The translations under genes and the position numbers were made by a program. A stretch of 64,000 bases of DNA. Origin: Desulfomonilia bacterium. Lineage in GTDB: Bacteria > Desulfobacterota > Desulfomonilia > UBA1062. Of this stretch, positions 49,397 through 58,750 are shown in pieces (position 1 is the stretch's first letter; the number at the start of each line of letters is the position of its first letter). The DNA lies in NCBI GenBank assembly GCA_050014195.1, contig JBEKDT010000002.1, forward strand, positions 96,001 to 160,000. The letters run 5' to 3'. Under the pieces are notes generated by a model. That model worked only from the letters and a program-made list of their open reading frames with translations. It had not been told where the DNA came from and searched no databases.

Positions 49397-50434
49397 CTAC
49401 GAGAGGATAACCGCCTCACCACCCTTAGGCCGGGACTCGATATAGCCGATGACATCAGCTGATTCTTTGAGCCCTTTCAACCTGAGCATCACATCATCCG
49501 CATCTTTGGGGGATACGACCAGCGCCATGCCGATGCCCATGTTGAAGGTCCGATACATCTCTGCACCTTCGATCTTGCCGACGTCCTGAATGAAGCGGAA
49601 TATGGGAGGGACACCCCAGGAGCCCTTCTCTATCACTGCGGACGAACGGGCAGGAAGCACTCTGGGGATGTTGTCAATAAACCCGCCTCCTGTGATATGC
49701 ACGATGCCCTTGATCTCAAATCCCCTCAGAACATTGAGCACACTCTTCACATAGATTCGTGTCGGGGTCAGGAGTTCTTCGGCTAATGTCTTTCCAACAT
49801 CTTCCAGATAATCATCAATGCGCATCTTGGCGCGCTCGAAAAGGACCTTTCTTACGAGAGAAAACCCGTTGCTGTGCAGGCCCGAGGAGTGTATCCCGAT
49901 GAGGACGTCCTTTGCAGAGATGCGAGATCCATCGATGATCTTGTCACTATCTACAACTCCAACACCGAAGCCTGCAACGTCATACTCATCCTCGCGGTAA
50001 AAACCAGGCATCTCGGCTGTCTCGCCGCCGATCAATGCACAGCCGGCTTCCTGGCATCCTCTGGTGATGCTCGATATAATGACCTTGGCACGATCCAGAT
50101 TGAGCTTGCCGGTGGCAAAATAATCGAGAAAAAACAGGGGTTGTGCCCCCACGACGATGAGGTCATTGACCACCATGGCCACAAGATCAATGCCGATACC
50201 CTCATGGTTGTCGGCCATGAATGCTATTTTCAGCTTGGTCCCCACACCATCCGTTGAGGAGACAAGGACCGGTTCGCGATAATTCCCGATATCCAATTTA
50301 AAGAGGCCGGCAAATCCGCCTATACCGCCTATGACCTCAGGCCCATGGGTGGACTTCACGCTTGACTTGATAGCCCTGACAAGAGTGTTCTGTTTATCAA
50401 TATCAACACCTGCATCACGATACGTCAAAGACAT
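49397..50434 (-). CDS. purM: phosphoribosylformylglycinamidine cyclo-ligase
   Basis: TY.DAGVDI, STDGVGTK, GGETAEMPG, SSGLHSNGFSL, HITGGG, TFNMGIG. Confidence 0.97.
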   Translation of the reverse strand: MSLTYRDAGVDIDKQNTLVRAIKSSVKSTHGPEVIGGIGGFAGLFKLDIGNYREPVLVSSTDGVGTKLKIAFMADNHEGIGIDLVAMVVNDLIVVGAQPLFFLDYFATGKLNLDRAKVIISSITRGCQEAGCALIGGETAEMPGFYREDEYDVAGFGVGVVDSDKIIDGSRISAKDVLIGIHSSGLHSNGFSLVRKVLFERAKMRIDDYLEDVGKTLAEELLTPTRIYVKSVLNVLRGFEIKGIVHITGGGFIDNIPRVLPARSSAVIEKGSWGVPPIFRFIQDVGKIEGAEMYRTFNMGIGMALVVSPKDADDVMLRLKGLKESADVIGYIESRPKGGEAVILS

Positions 50435-50516
50435 GGATACCCCCAACTTCCTACCTACTATATGAGAATATTGAGCTAGTCAATCCGCCAATGAAGGTGA
50501 TGTTTATCACTTTAAG

Positions 50517-50554
50517 AAAAAACAGGATGGCGGTTTGGGCATTGCCCGCCATCC
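50517..50554 (-). terminator. intrinsic terminator ending the putative sRNA
   Basis: Minus strand GGATGGCGG-(GCAATGCCCAAA)-CCGCCATCC-TGTTTTTT. Confidence 0.8.
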
Positions 50555-50663
50555 CTAGAGGAGGTAGTTAGGAGTTATGTGGCTTTGAAGAGGGGTTCCA
50601 ACTCTCTTCGGTTTCTAGTTTCCTTTAGTTGTTGTTATCGTAATCCCCTTATTCACCAGATGA
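50517..50663 (-). ncRNA. putative sigma54-dependent small RNA (~147 nt)
   Basis: Bounded by a consensus sigma54 promoter and an intrinsic terminator; no RBS-led ORF; AAN-rich tract, central hairpin, CU-rich anti-SD tract. Confidence 0.6.
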
Positions 50664-50673
50664 CTACCTAATC

Positions 50674-50690
50674 AGCAATGGTCGTGCCAA
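50674..50690 (-). promoter_or_regulatory. sigma54 (-24/-12) promoter
   Basis: Minus strand TTGGCACGACCATTGCT matches YTGGCACG-N4-TTGCW. Confidence 0.9.
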
Positions 50691-50787
50691 CATATCTCAT
50701 GACCATCTATCAATCTGTATTTCCAGGTTGATTTTGATAATTAGCCAAATTCTAACCCACTCAAGTGCTCACCATGAAACCTCAAGG

Positions 50788-50836
50788 TGTATATTTTATA
50801 TACAATGGAGGTATACAGTTGTATAAAAGATATACA
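50788..50836. promoter_or_regulatory. twin palindromic upstream activator sites for an NtrC-family activator
   Basis: TGTATA-TTTTA-TATACA (50788-50804) and TGTATA-AAAGA-TATACA (50820-50836), 32 bp apart, ~130-165 bp upstream of the predicted sigma54 start. Confidence 0.7.
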
Positions 50837-50893
50837 CTACCCCTTCATGGCACCATCTCTCAAACAGGGAGATTGCTTGCCGGGAGCGATGGC

Positions 50894-52684
50894 ATGAGAG
50901 TTGAAAAGCATAATCCAGGTAATTTTATGGATAATAGCGTTGGTATGTATTCCAGGAAGGCCTGGATCAAGATATCACCCTGGGTGATCATGGGCTCCCT
51001 CATCGTAATGGTACCTATCTTCATCTTTACAACTATGGAGAGTATCAGGACCCAGAGGAAGAACATGTATCACATGCTCAGTGAGAAGGGCGATGCCCTC
51101 ATGCGCTCATTTGAGGCAGGCACCAGGACGGGTATGATGGGCATAGGTTGGAGCGGGGCCCAGGTCCAGCGCCTCATCATGGAGACTTCGCAGGAGCCGG
51201 ATATCCTCTATATCCTTATAACGGATAAGGATGGGAAGATCGTTGCCCACAACAAGGTTCAGAATATCGGGAAGATGTATGGACTCGATATCGACCAGGC
51301 GCGGTTAGGTCCCATTATCAGGTGGAGGGTGCTCACCGATGATAAAGGCAGGCATGTATTCGAGGTATATCGGAGATTCCATCCTTCCCGAAGCGGGATG
51401 ATAATCCTCAGGCGCAAAACACCCCTCCATGACTGGTTCTACCCCCATATGATCCCGAAGATTGAAAGGCCCCCCATACAGACCATCTATGTGGGGCTTA
51501 ATATGGAACCCGTTGAGCAGATCATTAATGAAAACATAAAACAAAAGATCTTCCTGGCTGTGATCCTGTCGATGTATGGCCTGCTCGGGATCGTCTCCAT
51601 CGTCATTGCACAGAACTACCGGTCCACCAAGGCATCGCTGTCGCGGATCAAGGCCTTTTCAGATACGTTGGTGGACAATATGCCCATAGGGCTCATCTTC
51701 ATCGGCGAGAAAGGCCGCATAGTGACGCTCAATGATGTTTCAGAGAGACTCCTCATGATCGCGGCTTCCGAGGTAAGGGGCAAGAAGGCAAAAGACGTGC
51801 TGCCCGAACAGATCGTAAGCCTCATCGAAGATATTCATGACCCACGTGATATAGCCGTGCGAAACCTCCGTGTTCCCCTGCAGGAAAAGATCATGGTCTA
51901 TGAGGCGAGCGCGAGTTTTTTAACCGATGAAGACAATAATTTCCTTGGCCATATAGTACTCCTGCGGGATATCACCGAGATAGAGCACCTGAAGAGGGAG
52001 ATGGAGCGTAAAGAGAGGCTTGCGGCCATAGGGAGCCTTGCTGCCGGTGTGGCCCATGAAATCAGGAACCCTTTAAGCTCCATCAAGGGTTTTGCCACCT
52101 ACTTCCAGGAGCGCTACCGTGATATCCCTGAAGACCAGAGGATTGCCGGGATCATGGTAGGAGAAGTCGAACGCCTCAACCGGGCGATCAGCCAGCTCCT
52201 GGATCTCTCCCGGCCCATGGATCTGAGAATAAAGACAACCTCGCTGGTTGAGCTTCTTAATCGCTCTGTGGAAATGGTTGAAAAGCAGGCCTTAGAAAAA
52301 GGCATCACTATCGACCGTACGGGGCTTCCTCAGGATCCTTGCAATGCGGAAATAGACCCTGATAAGGTGGGCCAGGTACTGCTTAATCTTTTTCTGAATG
52401 CCTTTGAAGCCATGGAACAAGGCGGTACCCTTACGGTTTCTATCAGGTGTGATGACAAGCCAAACAGATTTATCATCCGTATCTCAGACACCGGCAATGG
52501 AATCGCACATGAAGACCTGCCTCATATATTCGACCCGTACTTCACTACCAAGCAATCCGGGACCGGCCTAGGACTTGCCATTGTCCACAAGATTATGGAG
52601 GCTCATGACGGCGACATCAAGGTGGAAAGTATACCGGGTACAGGGACGACGGTTTCCCTGAACATGCCTGCCGGAGGAGTTTGA
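50894..52684 (+). CDS. ZraS/HydH-like sensor histidine kinase (two TM, PAS, HisKA, HATPase)
   Basis: EKG.AL.RSFEAGTRTGMMG periplasmic signature; AAGVAHEIRNPLSSIKGFA; QVLLNL..NA..AM, DTG.G, PYFTTK..GTGLGL; start placed after GGGAG RBS. Confidence 0.88.
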   Translation: MRVEKHNPGNFMDNSVGMYSRKAWIKISPWVIMGSLIVMVPIFIFTTMESIRTQRKNMYHMLSEKGDALMRSFEAGTRTGMMGIGWSGAQVQRLIMETSQEPDILYILITDKDGKIVAHNKVQNIGKMYGLDIDQARLGPIIRWRVLTDDKGRHVFEVYRRFHPSRSGMIILRRKTPLHDWFYPHMIPKIERPPIQTIYVGLNMEPVEQIINENIKQKIFLAVILSMYGLLGIVSIVIAQNYRSTKASLSRIKAFSDTLVDNMPIGLIFIGEKGRIVTLNDVSERLLMIAASEVRGKKAKDVLPEQIVSLIEDIHDPRDIAVRNLRVPLQEKIMVYEASASFLTDEDNNFLGHIVLLRDITEIEHLKREMERKERLAAIGSLAAGVAHEIRNPLSSIKGFATYFQERYRDIPEDQRIAGIMVGEVERLNRAISQLLDLSRPMDLRIKTTSLVELLNRSVEMVEKQALEKGITIDRTGLPQDPCNAEIDPDKVGQVLLNLFLNAFEAMEQGGTLTVSIRCDDKPNRFIIRISDTGNGIAHEDLPHIFDPYFTTKQSGTGLGLAIVHKIMEAHDGDIKVESIPGTGTTVSLNMPAGGV

Positions 52685-54048
52685 TGATGGCAATCACGAG
52701 TAACAGAAACATATTGGTAGTGGATGATGACTTCAGCCATCGCACTATGCTCAAGACCTTGCTATCGGGATGGGGCTATGAGGTGAGTGAGGCCGACGAC
52801 GGCCAGGCAGCCGTCAATATGGTCCAGGAAAGACCTTATGACCTTATCCTTATGGACATAAGAATGGTCAAGGTGTCAGGTCTTAAGGCACTTGCAGTCG
52901 TCAAGGAGACCAACCCTGCTATCCCGGTGATCATTATGACTGCTTATTCATCGGTCGATACAGCCATCGATGCCATGAAAAAAGGGGCCTATGAATATCT
53001 GACAAAACCTCTTGACTTTGAAGAGCTGCGTTTGAAGATGGAACAGGCCATGGAACACAGCATGCTCAAAGAGGAGAACCGCCTCCTGCGCGAGCTTGTG
53101 GGTGACCGCTTCGACACCGGGAGCATTATCGGCAGAAGCCCGGCCATGATCCGGCTTCTGGAAACCACTGCCAGGGCCGCTTCCTCGGATGCAACAGTTC
53201 TCATCACCGGTGAGTCGGGGACCGGCAAGGAGATGATTGCCGGCGCCATCCACTTCAATTCTCCCCGGAAAGATCACCCTTTCATAAAGATGAACTGTGC
53301 CGCCATATCCGAAGGCCTGCTCGAATCCGAGCTGTTCGGCCATGAAAAGGGATCATTCACCGGAGCATTGCGCCGTAGAGAGGGCCGCTTCAAACAGGCC
53401 CACGGCGGCAGTCTCTTTTTGGATGAGGTCAGCGAGATGCCGCTGGCCATGCAGGTCAAACTCCTGCGTGTGCTTCAGGAAAGAGAGATCACCCGTGTCG
53501 GCGGCGAAGAGGTGATACCGGTGGACGTTAGGATCATTGCGGCGACCAACAAAGACCTCCCAACCCTTATAAAGATTGCCAGATTCAGGGAAGACCTTTA
53601 CTATCGGCTCAATGTCATCAACCTTTCCGTACCCCCGTTACGTGAGCGCGCCGAGGATATCCCCGTGCTGGCTGAACATTTTTTAAAGATGTTTGCCATC
53701 AAGAACAACAAACCCTTGAAAGGCTTCACACCACAAGCCATGGACCGGCTCATTAAACACCCGTGGCCGGGTAATGTACGCGAAATGATGAATACTGTTG
53801 AGAGCGCTGTAGTCCTATCCAGTTCAACCTTTCTTACGGACGGAGACATCCCCATCTTCAGGGATGAGTCGTACAATGCTCCCCAAGAAATAGGGGCTGC
53901 AAATGCCATCAGTCTTGATGAAATGGAGCGTCTCACCATCTTGAAAACCCTGGAGTCAGTCCAGGGCAACAAGAGCGAGGCTGCAAGAAAGCTAGGGATT
54001 ACACGGGCCACGCTTCATAAGAAGCTGAAAAAGTACTCAGTACCCTGA
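52684..54048 (+). CDS. ZraR/HydG-like sigma54-dependent response regulator
   Basis: Receiver ILVVDDD.SH..ML..LL.GWGY; GESGTGKE, ESELFGHEKGSFTGA, FREDLYYRLNV, WPGNVRE, Fis-type HTH; start may be 52687. Confidence 0.93.
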   Translation: MMAITSNRNILVVDDDFSHRTMLKTLLSGWGYEVSEADDGQAAVNMVQERPYDLILMDIRMVKVSGLKALAVVKETNPAIPVIIMTAYSSVDTAIDAMKKGAYEYLTKPLDFEELRLKMEQAMEHSMLKEENRLLRELVGDRFDTGSIIGRSPAMIRLLETTARAASSDATVLITGESGTGKEMIAGAIHFNSPRKDHPFIKMNCAAISEGLLESELFGHEKGSFTGALRRREGRFKQAHGGSLFLDEVSEMPLAMQVKLLRVLQEREITRVGGEEVIPVDVRIIAATNKDLPTLIKIARFREDLYYRLNVINLSVPPLRERAEDIPVLAEHFLKMFAIKNNKPLKGFTPQAMDRLIKHPWPGNVREMMNTVESAVVLSSSTFLTDGDIPIFRDESYNAPQEIGAANAISLDEMERLTILKTLESVQGNKSEAARKLGITRATLHKKLKKYSVP

Positions 54049-54055
54049 TCACTGA

Positions 54056-54088
54056 AGGGGGCGGGTTTGAAGACCCGCCCCTGCTTTT
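54056..54088. terminator. terminator hairpin between the convergent regulator and leuB
   Basis: GGGGCGGGT-TTGAAG-ACCCGCCCC followed by TGCTTTT. Confidence 0.75.
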
Positions 54089-54109
54089 ATATCCGTAAAC
54101 GGCTCACCA

Positions 54110-55177
54110 TCATTCAACTGCGTACCCGGCAACCTTGTCTCCAACCTGCGTAGTAGTGAGGCCCATCTTTCCTGCAGACAGAGACTTGATGTCGTGCTGA
54201 AGGGTTTGGACGATACCCCGCTCGATACGTGCTGCTGCTGCATCCTCCCCGAGGGTCTCCAACATCATTTGGGCGGATGCGATGGCTGCCAGCGGATTAA
54301 TGATGTTCATACCCGTGTATTTAGGTGCAGATCCGCCGATGGGTTCGAACATCGACACGCCCTGGGGATTGATATTCCCGCCTGCAGCTATGCCCATACC
54401 GCCCTGGGTGATGGCACCCAGGTCGGTGATGATGTCGCCGAACATGTTCTCGGTCACCAGGACATCGAACCATTCAGGGTTTTTGACCATCCACATGCAC
54501 GTAGCATCCACATGGTAATATTCACGTTTGATATCCGGATAATCTTTTTCACCAATCTCGTGGAAAGCCCGCTCCCATAGGTCAAACACATAGGTCAGTA
54601 CATTGGTCTTGCCGACCAGGGCCAGGATCTTTCTCTTGTTCCTTTTTCTTGTGAATTCAAAGGCATAACGCAGGCACCGCTCCACCTGGAAACGCGTGTA
54701 TATCATCTCTTGGACAGCCACTTCATGGGACGTGCCCTTCATAGTAATGCCGCCCGAGCCCGTGTAAACACCCCCCGAGTTCTCTCTGATCACTACATAG
54801 TCGATATGTTCAGTGCCCTTATCCTTAAGTGGTGTTTCCACATTGGGATAAAGCTTAACCGGCCTGAGATTGATATACTGGTCCAGCTCGAACCTGAGGC
54901 GCAGGAGGATGCCCTTCTCCAGGACGCCCGGCTTTACATCCGGATGTCCGATGGCCCCCAGGTACATGGCATGGTGTTTTTTCATCTCATCCGTGGCCGT
55001 ATCGGGCAGGATCTCGCCGGTACGCAGGTATCTATCACCACCAAAGTCATAGGTAGTAAAATCAATCTTAATGCCTTCAACAGCAGCAACTGCCTTGAGA
55101 ACCTTGATACCTTCGGCAACCACCTCGGGACCTGTCCCGTCGCCGGGAAGAACCGCGATGCTGTATGAATGTGCCAT
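54110..55177 (-). CDS. leuB: 3-isopropylmalate dehydrogenase
   Basis: LPGDGTGPEV, LLRLRF.LDQYINLRP, RENS, KTNV, ENMFGDIITDLGA, FEPIGGSAP. Confidence 0.88.
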   Translation of the reverse strand: MAHSYSIAVLPGDGTGPEVVAEGIKVLKAVAAVEGIKIDFTTYDFGGDRYLRTGEILPDTATDEMKKHHAMYLGAIGHPDVKPGVLEKGILLRLRFELDQYINLRPVKLYPNVETPLKDKGTEHIDYVVIRENSGGVYTGSGGITMKGTSHEVAVQEMIYTRFQVERCLRYAFEFTRKRNKRKILALVGKTNVLTYVFDLWERAFHEIGEKDYPDIKREYYHVDATCMWMVKNPEWFDVLVTENMFGDIITDLGAITQGGMGIAAGGNINPQGVSMFEPIGGSAPKYTGMNIINPLAAIASAQMMLETLGEDAAAARIERGIVQTLQHDIKSLSAGKMGLTTTQVGDKVAGYAVE

Positions 55178-55299
55178 ATTGATACCCCTGTTCACTGATA
55201 TACTTTTCAGAGTGCCCGTATATTTGCGCAATTCCTGGCTCGATATACTAAATCGGATGATGAAGTCAAGGGCAATGGAGAATCCCTTTTTCAGCTTTT

Positions 55300-55995
55300 T
55301 TAGAGATAATCTGATGAGTGCTGGTCAAGGTAGCCTCTGATGTAGCTCTCTACGCGTGCTTTTGGCTTGTATATCCCGAAGTGACCCTCGCAGAGGATGT
55401 CGGCGCCTAGATCCAGGAGCTTGTGCATGGATGACCGCCATTGGCTGATGTCGGACTTGAACTCTTTTGTGAAGGGTCCGTGTATGTCCTGGCCGAAGAG
55501 GATGCGCACCCCCTGACAGTCCATATAGATGGAGATGGAACCTGGGGTATGGCCGGGTGTATGGATGCAATGGAGTTCGTCAGCGCCGCAGGTGATGATC
55601 TCATGTTCCTGCTTCAACCGTCTGTCTACCGCTGTCGTGGGGAGCTTGGTGTTGTACCAGCGCGCAGCCGTGAGACCGGGGTCTCCGGATTCGATGGCAT
55701 CCGCATCAAGATCATGGGCAACAACACTTAACCGGAATGTTTCTCTGAAGAATGTTGTTGATCCGATATGGTCTACATGACAGTGGGTCAACACCAGTGT
55801 AGTGATCCTGGCCGGATCAAGTCCCGTCTCCTTGATATTATCGATTATTGCCTTGGGTTCCCTGCCTGCGCCGCAATCTATCATAACAAGGTCCGCCCCG
55901 CATGTTATGATATATACTGCAGCATCATACGGATCTGAAAGATCCGAACCTCCGACCTGGTATATCCCCTCTGCTACGGTCACATATTCACCCAT
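55300..55995 (-). CDS. metallo-beta-lactamase-fold hydrolase
   Basis: THCHVDHIG, TPGHTPGS, LFGQD, LCEGH. Confidence 0.9.
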   Translation of the reverse strand: MGEYVTVAEGIYQVGGSDLSDPYDAAVYIITCGADLVMIDCGAGREPKAIIDNIKETGLDPARITTLVLTHCHVDHIGSTTFFRETFRLSVVAHDLDADAIESGDPGLTAARWYNTKLPTTAVDRRLKQEHEIITCGADELHCIHTPGHTPGSISIYMDCQGVRILFGQDIHGPFTKEFKSDISQWRSSMHKLLDLGADILCEGHFGIYKPKARVESYIRGYLDQHSSDYL

Positions 55996-56176
55996 AATAC
56001 CCTCCCAAAAAGACAGGCGATACCGCTATATTGTATGTGCTTATTACCCTGTGTGGATAACAAATACTTGTCTCAACCATCCAAGGGTCTTTGAACCGGG
56101 AGCATACCCGAAAGTCAGCTGCAAGGGCAATGTGGTAAATGATATGTCTATCTCTTATTTTAAATGCACGCAGAAA

Positions 56177-57565
56177 TCAGTTTCTCGGCTTCAGTCTGCG
56201 GTCAAGGAGGACCTTCAGGGTAAAGATGGCGCCCGGGTCGGCCTGGCGTACCACATCGATATCTCCATGTATCTTTACCATGGCTATGCGTGCCTCAGTC
56301 AGGCCAAGGCCCGTTTTCATCGGGTCAGTGGAATAAAACGGCGCGTAGATGGTCTGTGCCTTGTCACGAACCCCCGGCCCGAAATCTCGAACAGATATCA
56401 TTGCAAAGCTTTTATCACAGGATATATCGATGATAACTTCATGAGTGCCTGTTTCTATCGCATTTTGAAGTATCCTGCTGAACGCGATGCGTACGTGTTC
56501 GGTGTCACAGAAGGCATGGATGTCTTTCGGTGCGTTTATCCTGACAGGGATCGGCGGAGCAAAAGCCGATACGGCCTGGCAAATGAGCTTGCATACATCC
56601 ACCTGGCTGCAGGAGGGCTCCATCCGCACCAGCATTTCATACTGCTCAATGCGGGTAATCATGTCTTCTATTCGCCGGATTGAGGAATAGATACCGGAAA
56701 GGGCCTGCTCCCATTTTCTGGTCTTTTCACCCTTTTCACGCTCCAGTCGTTTGATATATGCCCCGATGATGGTTAATGGGTTGCGTAATTCATGGGATAA
56801 TCCATTGATCATCTGGCTCAAATCATTTGCCTGAATGGTGAGTCTGCGTTGCATGGCCCGAATATCGGTGATATCCCTGCCAATGACCGATAGTGCATAG
56901 ATTTGCCCTTCTTCCTCCAATGGCGTGCTCAGGAGTGAAAAGATTCCGGTCCTCCCGCTTAAAAGGAGCATCCTCACTTCCGATCGAACAGGGACATTGT
57001 TGATATAACCTTTCTCAAGCATGGTTTTAAGGTATTGGCGATCCTCCTCCACAACAAAGTCGGCAAACGATCTGCCCATGATTGATGCACCTGTTCCTTG
57101 GAGATACTTCTTAAATGTATCATTGCAGAACATTATCTTCCCAGCGGGCCCCAGGATAAATATGAGGTCGTTGGCGTTTTTAATGATGGCATTGTGCCGT
57201 TTGCTGTCGCGAAGGATCAATCTCTGCTTTTCCTTGATGGTAAGATCTTTCTCATTCAGCGACTCGATGAGCATATCGCCTACCTCAAAAGATTCCCTCA
57301 TTTCATTATGCAGTGTTGCCATAGCCCGTATAACTGAAGCGTCCTTCGGGATTACCCCCATGATCGCTAAAGGCATCCTATTCGGACTTTTGCCATTATG
57401 TACCAGATAGATGCGGCGGGAGCCGGTATTCTTTCCCTTCACCGCCTTGGGGTCATCGATAAAAAGCAGGCAGCCGTCCTTTGTGTCTTCAAGTGCATGA
57501 ACATGATGAACATCAGAACCTTCAGGAGGGGACGAGTTTCCAAGCCAATAGGCATCCATAGGCAC
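56177..57565 (-). CDS. cytoplasmic PAS-domain histidine kinase (no adjacent response regulator)
   Basis: PAS NAND.IF.L...G.I..CN..F, GRDITD; SHELRNPL; NAIE, DFGPG, PFYST, TGLGL. Confidence 0.85.
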   Translation of the reverse strand: MPMDAYWLGNSSPPEGSDVHHVHALEDTKDGCLLFIDDPKAVKGKNTGSRRIYLVHNGKSPNRMPLAIMGVIPKDASVIRAMATLHNEMRESFEVGDMLIESLNEKDLTIKEKQRLILRDSKRHNAIIKNANDLIFILGPAGKIMFCNDTFKKYLQGTGASIMGRSFADFVVEEDRQYLKTMLEKGYINNVPVRSEVRMLLLSGRTGIFSLLSTPLEEEGQIYALSVIGRDITDIRAMQRRLTIQANDLSQMINGLSHELRNPLTIIGAYIKRLEREKGEKTRKWEQALSGIYSSIRRIEDMITRIEQYEMLVRMEPSCSQVDVCKLICQAVSAFAPPIPVRINAPKDIHAFCDTEHVRIAFSRILQNAIETGTHEVIIDISCDKSFAMISVRDFGPGVRDKAQTIYAPFYSTDPMKTGLGLTEARIAMVKIHGDIDVVRQADPGAIFTLKVLLDRRLKPRN

Positions 57566-57646
57566 TCATTCGGAAAAACGGATCATTTTCTTTACGGGTC
57601 ATACAGAGACGTTGCTTACGCATGCCCTTTCGGGTACAAAAAGATC

Positions 57647-58750
57647 ATGGCTTCAAAAAACCCACACATAGGTTTAGCGCTCGATAGTGGCGGGGCTATG
57701 GGTGGTGCCCATGTCGGTGTGCTGGAGGTACTTGATGAGAATTCCATTCCTCTCGACATCATCGTGGGCTCCAGCGCCGGCGCTGCAGTAGGTGCCTTCT
57801 ACGCTGCAGGAAAGCTTCAAGATTTTAAAAGACTCATCACCGATCTCTCATTTATCCACTCACTGAGTTACTATGTGGATCCTGTATTTCCAATCTCGGG
57901 TCTGCTGGCCGGCAGCCGGGCATACAAGTTCATACAATCTCTCGTGGGCGACGTACTTATCGAAGATCTGCCGATTACCTTTATTGCCATAGCTACCGAT
58001 CTGCTTACGGGAGAGACCGTTGCCATTGACAAGGGTCCTCTGGCGGATGGCGTAATGGCAAGCATAGCCATACCCGGCGTATTCAGGCCTGTAGTCCATA
58101 TGGGACGCCTGCTCACTGATGGAGGGGTGTCAGACCCCTTGCCGCTCGATATCCTCAAGGCTCACTCGCCTGATATTTCTATTGCCTGCAATCTCCACCC
58201 GCATATGCCTTCTCGATACTCATCGAAGAAGAGACGGGACATCATCAAGGCTGAGCAGATGGCTTCTGCAGGCGAAGAAGACCTCGCATCAGGCATGATA
58301 GAACGAGTCGCAGGACTTCTCCGTACTCAGACCATACACACAGGCCTCAAACCTCTGGCCGAAAATATCCTCAAACTCGTCAATATACCGCGCACGAAAA
58401 AGGCTTCAGAGATAGATCTTGCCAAGAGCCTAAAAGACCATCTCATTATAAGCAAGCAAAAACTCAACGAGATCATCTCGAAGCCCTTCTTAACCATGGG
58501 TTCGGAGCAGAGACTCAACATCATAGAGATCCTCCTGAGCACCACTAATATCCAGCAGTACCAGAAAAACCGGCTCATGCTCAGGTATGAGCCCCCGGAC
58601 ATCCTGGTCGAACCGGATGTAGTAGACATCGGGGCTTTGGAGTTCACCAAAGGGGCCTCTGCCATAGGGGAAGGGAGAAATAAGGCACAAGATGCTATTC
58701 CTGAGATCCTCAGGATGATGAAAGAAAAAAGACTCTCTACTTTACGATAA
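57647..58750 (+). CDS. patatin-like phospholipase (RssA/NTE family)
   Basis: SGGAMGGAHVG oxyanion loop, GSSAG nucleophile, DGG catalytic Asp; start moved to MASKNPHIG. Confidence 0.88.
   Translation: MASKNPHIGLALDSGGAMGGAHVGVLEVLDENSIPLDIIVGSSAGAAVGAFYAAGKLQDFKRLITDLSFIHSLSYYVDPVFPISGLLAGSRAYKFIQSLVGDVLIEDLPITFIAIATDLLTGETVAIDKGPLADGVMASIAIPGVFRPVVHMGRLLTDGGVSDPLPLDILKAHSPDISIACNLHPHMPSRYSSKKRRDIIKAEQMASAGEEDLASGMIERVAGLLRTQTIHTGLKPLAENILKLVNIPRTKKASEIDLAKSLKDHLIISKQKLNEIISKPFLTMGSEQRLNIIEILLSTTNIQQYQKNRLMLRYEPPDILVEPDVVDIGALEFTKGASAIGEGRNKAQDAIPEILRMMKEKRLSTLR

Noticed and set aside
50577-50588. Plus-strand micro-ORF ATG TGG CTT TGA after AGGAG
   Set aside because: Three codons with 2-nt RBS spacing and no plus-strand promoter seen; better explained as the complement of the anti-SD tract.
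50517-50663. Known purine-pathway riboswitch (purine, ZTP/pfl, PRPP) upstream of purM
   Set aside because: No recognisable aptamer consensus by eye, and a sigma54 promoter with enhancer sites fits an independent transcript better; an Rfam search is still needed.
55802-56683. 293-aa plus-strand ORF and other long antisense ORFs (e.g. 11582-12457, 25762-26550, 63116-63916)
   Set aside because: Shadow ORFs opposite well-supported genes, without motifs of their own.
57398-57646. N-terminal 83-aa extension of the patatin ORF
   Set aside because: Overlaps the divergent kinase gene; the patatin domain begins right after Met at 57647.
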